From assembly GCA_003650545.1 (NCBI GenBank), contig QMQO01000002.1, forward strand, positions 16,485-80,484: 64,000 bases of DNA. The letters run 5' to 3'. This stretch comes from Candidatus Woesearchaeota archaeon (GTDB lineage Archaea; Nanobdellota; Nanobdellia; Woesearchaeales; B72-G16). The notes beneath the pieces are model-generated. The model ran no database searches, was not told where the DNA came from, and saw only the letters and a list, made by a program, of their open reading frames with translations. Below are positions 28,835-38,832 of the stretch, piece by piece. Position numbers and translations under genes: made by a program. Numbering within the stretch: the first letter of the stretch is position 1; each line of letters starts with the position of its first letter.

Positions 28835-30893
28835 GCATTTTATGGTTCTGTCGCAAGTTAATGAAGGTGTACGGCAGACTGCGATCACAGTAGATTATTC
28901 TATCGTAAATTATGCCAAGCTTGAAAGCATTTACAAGACAGACCAAATGATCTTCCAAGCAATAAATATCATCAGCACATTCGCAATATCAAAAGGTTAC
29001 GAGTACATAGTCAGCGAGAACACAGATGAACAGCTTGAAATGAAAGAAAAGATCCTTTCTTTCGATGCAAAAGTCGGTCTTTCGAAACTGTTGACAGATG
29101 TTGTGAGGCATCTGCACATTTATGGCAACGCATATCTTGAAATAGTTTATTCTAAAACAGATAAGAATAAAGTTGTCGATCTCGCACTTATTGATCCTAA
29201 AACAATATCCTTCAAGAAAAGAGGAAATGGGGAGATTGATTTTGATGAGAGTGGAAACATTAAAGGTTATGTGCAGAAAGTAAATGCCAAGACAGTGGAT
29301 TTGTCACCAGATCAGATAATTCATTTCAGAATAAACACGATTGCGGACTCTCTTACTGGAACAGGAATTATAGAACCTTTAATAAAAGTCATTGAAGCAA
29401 AAAGAAACATTGAGATTGGACTTGCAGAAGCAGTGTATCGCCACGGTTTTCCTCAGTTTCATGTAAAGTTAGGTGATTCTGATCACCAGCCAACAACCGA
29501 TCAAGTGACTGAGGAAAGCGAGAAGTACAAGAGAATCAATTCAAAATCTGAATTTGTCACGCCATATTATTACGATATAAAACTCTTGGAAGCTCCTTCC
29601 TTAAAGGGCGGCGAGAGTTATTTGAAATACTTCATAGATCAAATTGTTGCAGGCACAGGAGTTCCTCAAAGCATATTATTAGGAACAGGAGAAGGAAGCA
29701 ACAGAGCCACTTCATTCACTCAGCAACAGAATTTCTTTCTTTACATAGGCGGAGTGCAGATGCTATTAGCTGAAACGCTTCAGAAAAACTTGTTTACTAA
29801 ATTGCTTGGCGTTGATGAAAGTCCTGTGTATATGGTCTTTAATTCTCTGCAAACAAAGACTGATCTCGAATTAGCGCAAGAAAGGGAAATCTATCTGAGA
29901 AACGGTGTTTTGACTCCTGATGAGGTCAGGCAAGAGATGGGTCTGGAACCTATTTCTTCACCCCCAACAACTGAGCAGAACATCTCTGATGATTCATCAG
30001 GAGATTTTATTTTTTCAGAGAATGAGTTTCTCAGCAATAAAGACCTGATGCTTGAAGAGGACGATGACTTTGAAAAAGTCTTTGGTCCTTATGCAGATAA
30101 TTTCAAGGCAGCTGACAACCTTGATTTCGGAGGGATACTTCAAGAACTGGGAAAACCAATAAGATCACGTTTCATAAAAGATCAACACATACTTACTCAC
30201 AGGATTAATAAAATCATGGACAGATCAAGAAAGAAGATACTTAACTTAATCGATGAAGCGCTTGGAGATAAGGATAAAAAACTTGCAGCAGAAGACTTGG
30301 TGATTGATCCTGAACTTCTTGCTCCTGAAAGGGATGCTTTGATAGCTGCCGTGTTCCTTGATTCAAAGAAGAAATTCAAGCAAGGAATTAAGCTTGGAGA
30401 GGAGTTCATAAAGAAAAAACATCCTGTAGTCGCAGGAATCAAAGTCAAAAGCACAGTTAATGAGCAGGCAATAAAAGCGCTTGATCTCCGTTCAACTCAG
30501 CTTGCCAAGACTGTTTCTGGAGATCTTTTGAAAGCAACCCAAACAGTTATACGTGAAGGACTCCAGGCAAGGAAAGGAGCAAGACAACTCAAGGAAGACA
30601 TTGAGAAAGTATTTGAAAGGTTCGGAGGGACTCCAGGAAGATTTAACAAGATAGGCACAAGGGCAGAACTAATAGCAAGGACAGAACTGCACAGGTCATT
30701 TATTGATGGAACTCTTCAAAGTTTCAAGGAATTAAGGGTTGAAAGACTCAGAATGATAGTCAACGTTGGTGCTTGCGAGCAATGCTTGGATGTGGCGGCA
30801 GACAATCAAGAAACACCCATTCATTTATCTGACGGAATAATTCCTGTTCATCCAAGATGCAGATGCGGGTGGGTGGCCAAAACCATTAGATAA
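28809..30893 (+). CDS. portal protein with C-terminal Mu-F/SPP1-gp7-like head-morphogenesis region and terminal Cys motif
   Basis: Position after TerL. Length 694 aa. C-terminal ...ARTELHRSFIDG...GACEQCLDVAADNQ...HPRCRCGW. Confidence 0.55.
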   Translation: MEEQKEKSKHFMVLSQVNEGVRQTAITVDYSIVNYAKLESIYKTDQMIFQAINIISTFAISKGYEYIVSENTDEQLEMKEKILSFDAKVGLSKLLTDVVRHLHIYGNAYLEIVYSKTDKNKVVDLALIDPKTISFKKRGNGEIDFDESGNIKGYVQKVNAKTVDLSPDQIIHFRINTIADSLTGTGIIEPLIKVIEAKRNIEIGLAEAVYRHGFPQFHVKLGDSDHQPTTDQVTEESEKYKRINSKSEFVTPYYYDIKLLEAPSLKGGESYLKYFIDQIVAGTGVPQSILLGTGEGSNRATSFTQQQNFFLYIGGVQMLLAETLQKNLFTKLLGVDESPVYMVFNSLQTKTDLELAQEREIYLRNGVLTPDEVRQEMGLEPISSPPTTEQNISDDSSGDFIFSENEFLSNKDLMLEEDDDFEKVFGPYADNFKAADNLDFGGILQELGKPIRSRFIKDQHILTHRINKIMDRSRKKILNLIDEALGDKDKKLAAEDLVIDPELLAPERDALIAAVFLDSKKKFKQGIKLGEEFIKKKHPVVAGIKVKSTVNEQAIKALDLRSTQLAKTVSGDLLKATQTVIREGLQARKGARQLKEDIEKVFERFGGTPGRFNKIGTRAELIARTELHRSFIDGTLQSFKELRVERLRMIVNVGACEQCLDVAADNQETPIHLSDGIIPVHPRCRCGWVAKTIR

Positions 30894-30943
30894 TTTAGGC
30901 TTCTACTAAAATAATATTAAGAAAAAAATAGATTTCTCAACTT

Positions 30944-32164
30944 ATGAGCGATCAACTAATTCAAGAGATAAACAGTTTTATCAGTTTGTTGGATGTAACA
31001 GCTGAAACGTTGAATTCTAAGGAACTCATAGATAGTTTTATTGCTCACAATGACGCAACAGTTCAAGAGATTAACCAATTCATTGAACTTATTCAAGATT
31101 TTGAAGAGAATGCCGTTGATCAATCATTCTTCAAAGGAAGGCCAGGACTTCCTAGAAAGCAATTGCCAGACGCTGCTTTTGCAGTAGTTGAGGAAACAGG
31201 AAAGAAAGATGAGGAAGGAAGAACTATTCCTGACATTGCAAGGCATTTGCCTCATCACACAGATGCTGTGAGGGATGGGACAGAAAATGACACTCTGGAC
31301 ATTGCAAGGTATAGAAACGCATTGGCAAGGGTCAGCCAGATAAAAGCAACGCAAGGAGGATCAACCGCTGAACTGATTGAAAAGGCAAGGAAACATCTGG
31401 AATCTCATAGGGAAGCACTTAACCCACCCGAAGATAATGAAAAGTTAATCCAGACATTTGAAGAGACAGAAAATGAGGTCACCTTTCTTCTTGAAGAACC
31501 ATCTGCCTTTTTAGGCAACACTTTCAAAAGAAGGAATCTCGGAAACGGAATATCAATCATACTTGGAATGCTTAAGGATGTAACAAGGGCCAGCTTAGCA
31601 CTCCAGAGTTTCAGGTTCAGCAAGAAAGAACCTTGGAACTGGACAATAGACCGAGCAAAGGCGTGGCTGCAAGGAAGAAGAATAATTGAGAATCAAGAAC
31701 TCATAAGCAAACATCTTCAGTATGTCAAGATAAGCGATGTCAAGATTGAGCAGGTCCTAAGAGAAGGCACTGCTCTAAGGATCACAGGCATTGCCATAAG
31801 CGAAGGGACTTGGAACGGAATATTTTATCCTGCTGAAGAACTCAAGAAAGGCCATAAATCTTTGGAAGGGAAACCTCTAAGGATAGATCATTCAAGCAGC
31901 ACTCGTGACATCGTTGGAAAAGTAATCAAGTCAACATATAATCCGCATAAGAAATGGATAGAGTTTGAGGCTATTGTTACAGACGAAGACATTGCTCAGA
32001 AGCTGCTTGACAAGCTTATCGATTCTGTTAGTGTTGGAGTCCTCATAGATAATGAAGAAGAGGATGGCCGCCAGGTAGCACGCAACTTGGAGTTTAAGGA
32101 ATTGAGTTTGGTAGATGATCCAGCATGCAAAGATGCGAAAGTGAGTCCTGTAAAGAAAAAGTAA
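30944..32164 (+). CDS. HK97-family prohead protease with N-terminal extension
   Basis: C-terminal half LRITGIAISEGTWNGIFYPAEELKKGHKSLEGKPLRIDHSSS fits the S78 prohead protease pattern, including the conserved His. Confidence 0.55.
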   Translation: MSDQLIQEINSFISLLDVTAETLNSKELIDSFIAHNDATVQEINQFIELIQDFEENAVDQSFFKGRPGLPRKQLPDAAFAVVEETGKKDEEGRTIPDIARHLPHHTDAVRDGTENDTLDIARYRNALARVSQIKATQGGSTAELIEKARKHLESHREALNPPEDNEKLIQTFEETENEVTFLLEEPSAFLGNTFKRRNLGNGISIILGMLKDVTRASLALQSFRFSKKEPWNWTIDRAKAWLQGRRIIENQELISKHLQYVKISDVKIEQVLREGTALRITGIAISEGTWNGIFYPAEELKKGHKSLEGKPLRIDHSSSTRDIVGKVIKSTYNPHKKWIEFEAIVTDEDIAQKLLDKLIDSVSVGVLIDNEEEDGRQVARNLEFKELSLVDDPACKDAKVSPVKKK

Positions 32165-32180
32165 AGGAGGAGATGATCAC

Positions 32181-32643
32181 GATGGAAGAACCTAAAGAAA
32201 TGAAACACGCAAAGTCTCTTTTGAAGAAAGCCTCTGAAGAACTTGCGCAAAAGAATCAAGAGATTGGAAAACTCAAGGAAGAACTTGCCAAGAAAGACAA
32301 GCTTATCTCAGAATTGACTGCCAAGCAAGAGAAATTGGCAAAGGAGTTTGAGGCTGTATCAAAAGAACTTAAGCAAATCAAACAAGAAGCAAGAGACGTT
32401 GTGCTCAAAGAACAAATTGAAGCTGAAGAAAAACTTGGCATTCTTGAAGTGCCCAAGGAACAAAGGCTTGCTGAGTTGAGGGAACTTGACGAAGCAGGAG
32501 GGTTTGATCTGTATGCCAAACAGACAAAGAAAATGCTTGAACTTCACAAGAGCATTGGCGACAGGAAAACTCTGATCAATAATTCAAACCAGTCAGCTGA
32601 CCGAAAGCAAGAGATTGCCAAGGCACTGGGCATAGAATTGTAA
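32181..32643 (+). CDS. scaffolding protein (coiled coil)
   Basis: Start refined to MEEPKEMK with an aggagg SD. Lys/Glu-rich heptad-like sequence between protease and capsid genes. Confidence 0.5.
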
Positions 32644-32658
32644 AGGTGGTGAAACAAA

Positions 32659-33033
32659 ATGACATACGACATTCAAATTGATGATGGAAGAAATCCCAGC
32701 ATGCTCGTTGCAGCAGCAGACCTGCAGAAAGGACAGTTCGTTGGTTTGGACCTTCAACCAGCAGCTGCTCAAGCAGACATCTTAGGCGTGTGCTTGAAAG
32801 ACTCTGCTCAAAACAACCCAATCTCACTGGGTGCGATCGGAACGTTTTACGTTGACGTGGAAGTGGGAGCTTCAGCAGTTCTCAACGTTGGAGACGAACT
32901 GGAAGTGAAGGATGCAAGCACGTTGCAGGCAAAAAACACAGGAGTGACCGTTGCCAAGGCTTACGAAAAAGTTGACAACAGCGCAGGAGGCAGTGCGGTC
33001 GTGAAAAAAATCCCTGTGAAGATCATAAAGTAA
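32659..33033 (+). CDS. hypothetical head-associated protein
   Basis: Position between scaffold and capsid genes. Confidence 0.35.
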   Translation: MTYDIQIDDGRNPSMLVAAADLQKGQFVGLDLQPAAAQADILGVCLKDSAQNNPISLGAIGTFYVDVEVGASAVLNVGDELEVKDASTLQAKNTGVTVAKAYEKVDNSAGGSAVVKKIPVKIIK

Positions 33034-33050
33034 AAGGAGGAGAGAGCAAG

Positions 33051-33857
33051 ATGAAAACAATGCAAGAACTATTTTCAACGCAAGATGCCGCACCCCTCAT
33101 AAAAGAAGTAATTGACTCCAACGTCTTCAAGGTAGCTGAAAGAGAGAGGGTTGGCAGGAAACTTTTGCGAGTTATCTCCCTGAACGAGGGTTCAGCTTTG
33201 AAGATTCCCAAGATGGGAGCAGGACAAGCATACGTCATCCCTGAATTAGGTTCAATTCCTCTGGATGTAAGCACATTCAGTGAAGTGGTCATCACGCCAT
33301 ACAAGATTGGGAAGGCATTCGCAATCTCAAAAGAATCAATTGAGGATTCTGCTTTTGATGTCGTTAGACTTAAGGCTGATATGGCTGCAGAAGACGTGGC
33401 CAGGAAAGAAGACGCTGAGATCTTCAGAGTGCTTGTCCAGACTACTAACACTGTCTCTCCAAAGACAGCTGGCGAGTTTGTCCAGGAAGACGTGATAACC
33501 TTGAGAAATGCAGTGAACAAGCATAACTACAAGGCGAAATGGCTCGTGGCTCACCCAGATGATCTTGCCAAGCTTGAGAAAGACCTTATCAGCAAAGGGT
33601 ACAAGGCTTTTGACAGGCTTGACGAAACAGGAATCATCGGGAATGTCGCAGGTCTTCAAGTCTTGGAGACAACCGCCCTGGACCCAGGAACTGTTCTCGC
33701 TCTTGACAGCAGAGCAGTTGTGTTGGTAGAAAGAAGGCCACTCTCAACAGAGAACTTCACAGATCCTTTGAGAGACCTAGCAGCTGGAGTCACAATCACG
33801 GAAAGGGTTGCACCTGCTGTGCTTGATGACAATGCAGTCGCTAAGATGACCTTGTAA
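33051..33857 (+). CDS. major capsid protein, HK97 fold
   Basis: aaaggaggag SD. Motifs KWLVAHPDDLAKL and C-terminal LALDSRAVVLVERRPLSTENFTDP...ERVAPAVLDDNAVAKM are typical of HK97-type capsid proteins. Confidence 0.6.
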   Translation: MKTMQELFSTQDAAPLIKEVIDSNVFKVAERERVGRKLLRVISLNEGSALKIPKMGAGQAYVIPELGSIPLDVSTFSEVVITPYKIGKAFAISKESIEDSAFDVVRLKADMAAEDVARKEDAEIFRVLVQTTNTVSPKTAGEFVQEDVITLRNAVNKHNYKAKWLVAHPDDLAKLEKDLISKGYKAFDRLDETGIIGNVAGLQVLETTALDPGTVLALDSRAVVLVERRPLSTENFTDPLRDLAAGVTITERVAPAVLDDNAVAKMTL

Positions 33858-33886
33858 GGCCAGCCAACTGAAAATGGAGGGGCAGT

Positions 33887-34624
33887 ATGGACCTAAGTAG
33901 CTTGAAGACTCAAATAATTGTGGAAGCAAACAAGTTCAGGCTAGGTCCAAGGCTCCTGAGGCTTCAAACGCAGACAGAGGGTTCTGCAACAAAAATCACA
34001 AAAATAAAGAACGTGAACGGAGCGATAGTTCCCAGCTTGGGAGCAGCTCCTGTTTCGCTTTTAGAACTCGATTCAGTTATTGTGTTTCCCCTTACAATCA
34101 AATTGCCAATTCTTTTCGCAATTGAAGATTTTGAAGACAACGCACTCAATGACATCCTTCAAAGATCATTCAAGGAAAGTTTTCATTTCGCAGACATTGA
34201 GAATAGGCTTGTAGTTGAAACGCTTATTGCTGGAGCTGGCAAAACCATAACAGCACAAGCGAAACCTGACGTGAGAGAAGTTCCAATAATAGATAATTTT
34301 CTGGAAGCAATAAGATTCATAGAAGATAACGGATATGCTCCAAACAAGATTCTTGTCAATCCTGACATTGCCGAATCATTGAGGCAAAGAGAGGAATTGA
34401 AAGAGAAACTCATAGCATACGCCATTGAAGTGATAATTAACATAGCAGTTCCATCTCAAACAGTTATCATTCTTGACAGTAACCATGCTGGCTTGCTAAT
34501 TGAGAGGGTTTCTCTTGAGATAAATGATTATATCGATCCTTGGCAGGGGAAGAAAGGTTTTCTTTTGAGAGAAAGGGTTGCTCCTGTTGTGATCAACGGA
34601 AACGCTGTGGCGGTGATACAATAA
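33887..34624 (+). CDS. second HK97-fold capsid protein, paralogue of the upstream gene
   Basis: Alignable with the preceding gene: KILVNPDIAESL vs KWLVAHPDDLAKL, and ILDSNHAGLLIERVSLEINDYIDP...ERVAPVVINGNAVAVI vs the MCP C-terminus. Confidence 0.55.
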   Translation: MDLSSLKTQIIVEANKFRLGPRLLRLQTQTEGSATKITKIKNVNGAIVPSLGAAPVSLLELDSVIVFPLTIKLPILFAIEDFEDNALNDILQRSFKESFHFADIENRLVVETLIAGAGKTITAQAKPDVREVPIIDNFLEAIRFIEDNGYAPNKILVNPDIAESLRQREELKEKLIAYAIEVIINIAVPSQTVIILDSNHAGLLIERVSLEINDYIDPWQGKKGFLLRERVAPVVINGNAVAVIQ

Positions 34625-35418
34625 TGGGTGTCGAGATTGAATTATTGGAACAAGTAAAAGCCGCTCTTGGTGAGATTAAGGCAGTCGCCAATGCGTTAAA
34701 CATTGAGCCAGATGGGAGCATAAACGTCAATAACAACAATCTTGCGGAATCTGTTTCAATCAAGGACGGAGCAGATCCTACAAAGAAAGCAATTGTTGAT
34801 CAAGATGGAAGACTGCTTGTAAGAACTCAGCAAGCAGGAACAACAGAAACAATCATAATCGATCCGAATAATCAAAATTTCAAAGCTCAAGTAGATTCTA
34901 ACGGAAGGCTTCTTGTGAGTGCCGCTTCTGGCTCAAGCGGTTTACTGGGTTCTGTAAAGTTAGAAGATGCCTTTGATTCAAATAAAAAAGTATTTGTTGA
35001 TGCTTCAGGAAGACTGCTTGTTGCCTTGCCTCCACCCAGCCCTCCAGCTGGAACAACAGAAGTGAAGAGAAGCAAGTTTAATGATGTTTTTGGCAACAGC
35101 GCAGATTACGATTATTATGTAATCCCAAATGGAGAGACTTTGAGGATTCAGAAACTGCTTGGTTCTTCAGAAGACAGAAGCAAGGACACTTATGTTGCCT
35201 TGTGGCTTGACAACAATGGGGACACTCCATCTCCCACTCAACGTGACGGCCACCCTAACTGGGTACTCATTGCTATGGCCTTCACTAATGTCAGCAATGT
35301 GAACTTCGATCTTAACGAGGAAATTGTTGGAGACGGAATTAAAAGAATAGTTCTGCACAGGAGAAGAATGGAAGCTGGAAGAAGGCTTGTTTTTGCCAGG
35401 TGGCAGGGGTATTACTAA
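34625..35418 (+). CDS. hypothetical protein with three internal about 35-aa repeats (D-x-[DNS]-G-R-L-L-V)
   Basis: Start refined (TAATG overlap). DQDGRLLVRT, DSNGRLLVSA and DASGRLLVAL are read in the translation. Confidence 0.45.
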
Positions 35419-35420
35419 AA

Positions 35421-35816
35421 ATGACAGCTGAAAAATACAAGGGAAGGCTTGAATTGTACAATCCAAGCAGTCCAGTAACCCTAACAACTGCTTATGCTAC
35501 CATATTCAACATATCTGGAGAAGGTTTCATTGATATGATGAAACTTGCTTTCACTAACATCACCGATGTTTTTGTCAAGGTAACCATAGACAATGAAATC
35601 TATTATGAGATTAATCTTTCAGACTTGAAGAACAGGGTCAAGTTGACAAAGGATGAGCAGGATACGTTCCTCAATACTGCTCACAATGCTTTTTCAGATT
35701 CGTATCCTGTGCCTTTGTTCTTTGAGAGTTCCCTTCAAGTGGAAGTAAAGAAAGACACGGGAGCAAAAAGAAAGATCAAAGGAGGAATCATAAGGTACAG
35801 GTTGAGAGGTGATTGA
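35421..35816 (+). CDS. hypothetical protein
   Basis: ORF in the structural block. Confidence 0.4.
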   Translation: MTAEKYKGRLELYNPSSPVTLTTAYATIFNISGEGFIDMMKLAFTNITDVFVKVTIDNEIYYEINLSDLKNRVKLTKDEQDTFLNTAHNAFSDSYPVPLFFESSLQVEVKKDTGAKRKIKGGIIRYRLRGD

Positions 35817-35818
35817 TT

Positions 35819-36055
35819 ATGGTAACTGTTCAAGAAAAGATGGATGCTATTGAAAGCGGACCTAATTATGTTCACGGCTCGCTTATCATTAAGAGTTATG
35901 ATGACAGGGGTGTTGTCCTCAAGTGGCTTGAACAGTCCAGCGGTGTTGCGGAAAGGAAGGAGCACTTCATTGAACTTAACGAGGATGAGTCAAATATGCC
36001 TCTTGAGAACAGGACTGCGGTCAACGATATTGAAATAGAACCACCAAGCGGGTAA
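35819..36055 (+). CDS. hypothetical protein
   Basis: Start refined to ATG with a gaggtga SD. Confidence 0.4.
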   Translation: MVTVQEKMDAIESGPNYVHGSLIIKSYDDRGVVLKWLEQSSGVAERKEHFIELNEDESNMPLENRTAVNDIEIEPPSG

Positions 36056-36060
36056 TCAAA

Positions 36061-36216
36061 ATGGCAGTATGGAAGTACAAGGTCGTGCACAGGAGAGTGA
36101 AGAACATTTCAGAGAGAGCTCTGAATCTGTTAGGCAATAATGGCTGGGAGTTGATCTTTATGACTCAACTCTGGAACGGCAAGGTTTTGGCCGTATTCAA
36201 AAAACAAGTGAGGTGA
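36061..36216 (+). CDS. hypothetical small protein (51 aa), not in ORF track
   Basis: MAVWKYKVVHRRVKNISERALNLLGNNGWELIFMTQLWNGKVLAVFKKQVR. Fills the gap between flanking genes. Confidence 0.3.
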   Translation: MAVWKYKVVHRRVKNISERALNLLGNNGWELIFMTQLWNGKVLAVFKKQVR

Positions 36217-36221
36217 AAACA

Positions 36222-36458
36222 ATGGCAAAGAGAGTTATAGTGCAACCAGCAGAATATGACCTTAAGCTAAGGCTCAAATTAGGCGTTAAGAGGTTCCTTA
36301 AAGGACTCGGCGCTTCGCTTCTCGTTGCAGGAGTGCAATATGCCGCTGAGTTTTTGCAAAACAGCAAGGACTTGTTTCCTCAAGAATACACTTTGTATGT
36401 TGGACTTGTGGTGTCAGCGTTGCTTGGAATAGAAAAGGCAGTCCAAAGGCAAAAATGA
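36222..36458 (+). CDS. hypothetical membrane protein
   Basis: gaggtga SD. Hydrophobic segments GASLLVAGVQYAA and LYVGLVVSALLGI. Confidence 0.4.
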   Translation: MAKRVIVQPAEYDLKLRLKLGVKRFLKGLGASLLVAGVQYAAEFLQNSKDLFPQEYTLYVGLVVSALLGIEKAVQRQK

Positions 36459-36534
36459 GGTTTAAGAAAAGAATGGAAATTGAATTCGCCTTGCTAGCAG
36501 GCTGGGTGGTTGTCAAGTACAGGAAGATGAAAAA

Positions 36535-37017
36535 ATGGCTCAAACAGAATATACGACTGTTGCGATTGTAAAAGCAAGAGTTGGAGAGAACAACATTGGA
36601 TCAGATGTTCAAGATAGTGAGATCTCTCAATGGATTCAAGAAGCGAGCAATTTCATAGACCTTTCAACAAAAAAGGTGGGTGTTGGCTTTGAACAAACAG
36701 ATCCTCTCTATCCAACTGTGCAGCAAATAGTGACTGATTTAGCAGTCATAAAACTTATCCTGAGAATGAGCGGAGCTGGAAAGGCAACAACAGCGGGATT
36801 GTCGTACAGGATTGGAGAGTTTTCTGTTGACAAGAAGAACATAGATTCATCTTCTGCCAAGGAAATTCAAGTCTATGAGAAGAGCGCCAAGGACAGCTTG
36901 AAAGCATTAAAGGAGTATCTGGGAATTGACAATGGTGGTTTTACAGGGGCAGCAGTCATAGAGGGAGAACCTGCACCCACAACAAACTTCGGAGAAAACA
37001 CGCCTCAACAACCATAA
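36535..37017 (+). CDS. putative head-tail connector protein
   Basis: Position and size only. Confidence 0.35.
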   Translation: MAQTEYTTVAIVKARVGENNIGSDVQDSEISQWIQEASNFIDLSTKKVGVGFEQTDPLYPTVQQIVTDLAVIKLILRMSGAGKATTAGLSYRIGEFSVDKKNIDSSSAKEIQVYEKSAKDSLKALKEYLGIDNGGFTGAAVIEGEPAPTTNFGENTPQQP

Positions 37018-37021
37018 GAAA

Positions 37022-37399
37022 ATGATAGGCATAAGCAGCGAGGATTTCGAGAAAGTAGTTGACCTTGACCTTGGAATAGATGTGATTCTCAGAAGAAAGA
37101 CGCAAAGCATAGATCCAGATTATGGAAGCCTCGTGTCCGACTCTTATCAGGACACTCCCATAAAAGTAGTGTGGCAAGAAGTAACAGGGGAAGAAGAAAA
37201 CTTCAGGCCGGAGGGGGAGTTCAAGATAGGAGACATCAAGTGCTTCACAAAACCATCATACGATAATGGCAACATAGTCCCTAATAGGGAAACAGACATT
37301 ATCGTCAAGGATGGAAAAGAACACAAGATAATCAAAATAACCTCAAAGACAGTTGGCAACTCAGTAGTTTACAGGTTGCTCCAACTAAGGCTGAAATAA
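37022..37399 (+). CDS. putative head-tail joining protein
   Basis: Position and size only. Confidence 0.3.
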   Translation: MIGISSEDFEKVVDLDLGIDVILRRKTQSIDPDYGSLVSDSYQDTPIKVVWQEVTGEEENFRPEGEFKIGDIKCFTKPSYDNGNIVPNRETDIIVKDGKEHKIIKITSKTVGNSVVYRLLQLRLK

Positions 37400-37428
37400 T
37401 ATAAAGAAAAAAACACGATTCAAAATTA

Positions 37429-37791
37429 ATGGTCAAGATCACAATACTCAGTCCCGACCTGAAGAAGTTCAAGGATAAAATAACCAAACTTCGAGACAAG
37501 GGATTCAAAAAAGACATTCACGAAGGCATAAGGAAAATCCTTCCAAAAATCCACAGGGACGCTTTCCTGGCTGCTCCAAAGAAAACGGGAGCATTGGCAG
37601 CATCACTCCACGTGGGTTTTGAGGATGAAACAACAGGTTTCATCGCGGACGGAGTATTTTATGGAGTCTTTCAGGAAGAAGGAACACGCTACATAGAACC
37701 TAAGCATTTCATGCGTAACGCGGTCAACAAACATTTCCCAAGCGTGGGAAGTGAAGTCACGAAAATCGTAAAGAAGCAATTCAACCAATGA
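37429..37791 (+). CDS. HK97 gp10-like tail-component protein
   Basis: AAPKKTGALAASLHV...FYGVFQEEGTRYIEPKHFMRNAV resembles the gp10 family signature. Confidence 0.5.
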   Translation: MVKITILSPDLKKFKDKITKLRDKGFKKDIHEGIRKILPKIHRDAFLAAPKKTGALAASLHVGFEDETTGFIADGVFYGVFQEEGTRYIEPKHFMRNAVNKHFPSVGSEVTKIVKKQFNQ

Positions 37792-37828
37792 AAATTGGGC
37801 ATCTCTTCAAGAGCGAGGAGGCCAAGAA

Positions 37829-38290
37829 ATGGAGAAAGAACCGATAATCATAGTTCAGGATCTCTTGAGAGATCAATTGTATGACTACAATACTTCTCGC
37901 ACTACTGAATGGATATACCCTGACTTTCCGAACGTGAACTTGGGGAATGATTCTTATCCGAGGGTGTCTGTAACAGATTCAGATGAGCCCGCATCAAGAA
38001 TGACTGTCGGAACAAAAGATGAGATGCAAACAGTAGACATAGACATCAATGTATGGGTCAAGTCTGGAATCATCTATGAACGAGATGGCGAGCAGTTTGA
38101 AGGCGCAAAACTCAGGGATGCTATTGCCAGAGAAGTGGTTGAAGTGTTGAGAACGCATCAGGATACTCTGGCAGCATATGGGTTGAACAATTATGAAAGG
38201 ATTGGAATGAAGACGATTAACTCAGAAGTTGCTGAAGGCGTGTTAAGAAAACAGATCACTGTCCGATTCGCAAGGCCAGTAATGGATTGA
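37829..38290 (+). CDS. putative tail completion/terminator protein
   Basis: Position only. Confidence 0.3.
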   Translation: MEKEPIIIVQDLLRDQLYDYNTSRTTEWIYPDFPNVNLGNDSYPRVSVTDSDEPASRMTVGTKDEMQTVDIDINVWVKSGIIYERDGEQFEGAKLRDAIAREVVEVLRTHQDTLAAYGLNNYERIGMKTINSEVAEGVLRKQITVRFARPVMD

Positions 38291-38340
38291 GTTTCAAAGA
38301 AAAGGATAGAACCAGAATAAACAAAGGAGGATGATCAAGA

Positions 38341-38808
38341 ATGGCAATATTTTTTGGAACTCAAGGAAGCATTACGATTGACGGTGTTCAATCACAAAAC
38401 ATAACCGAGTGGAGTTTATCAACAAGCGCTGACGTTGAGCAGATCAAGACAATTGGCAATTTCACAATATTTGATGAAAAACCTCTTGATTTGCTTGAGG
38501 GAAGTTTGAGCATCATAACAGATGATGCTAGCTTCATCGCTAAACTATTCGGGAACGTTGCAACGCAACCTGACACTCCTAATGTTGGAGACACCACAAC
38601 CACAGTCACCCTTGGAACTACAAGGATCAAGTTTGACGCAGAGTTCAGATACACTGATGCGAGTGGCAACGAAGTTAAGATAACCTGCATTGATTGCATA
38701 GCAACAGATCACGAGTTTAGCAACGAGGCAGAAGGCATCTTTGAAGAAAGTTTCAGTTTCAACGTGAAGCCTGAAAACGTGACTATAACTCATGTGAAAA
38801 AAGCATAA
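38341..38808 (+). CDS. putative major tail protein
   Basis: aaaggagga SD. Position upstream of the chaperone pair and tape-measure gene. Size 155 aa. Confidence 0.4.
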   Translation: MAIFFGTQGSITIDGVQSQNITEWSLSTSADVEQIKTIGNFTIFDEKPLDLLEGSLSIITDDASFIAKLFGNVATQPDTPNVGDTTTTVTLGTTRIKFDAEFRYTDASGNEVKITCIDCIATDHEFSNEAEGIFEESFSFNVKPENVTITHVKKA

Positions 38809-38832
38809 GGTAACATCATAAGATCAAGTTCA

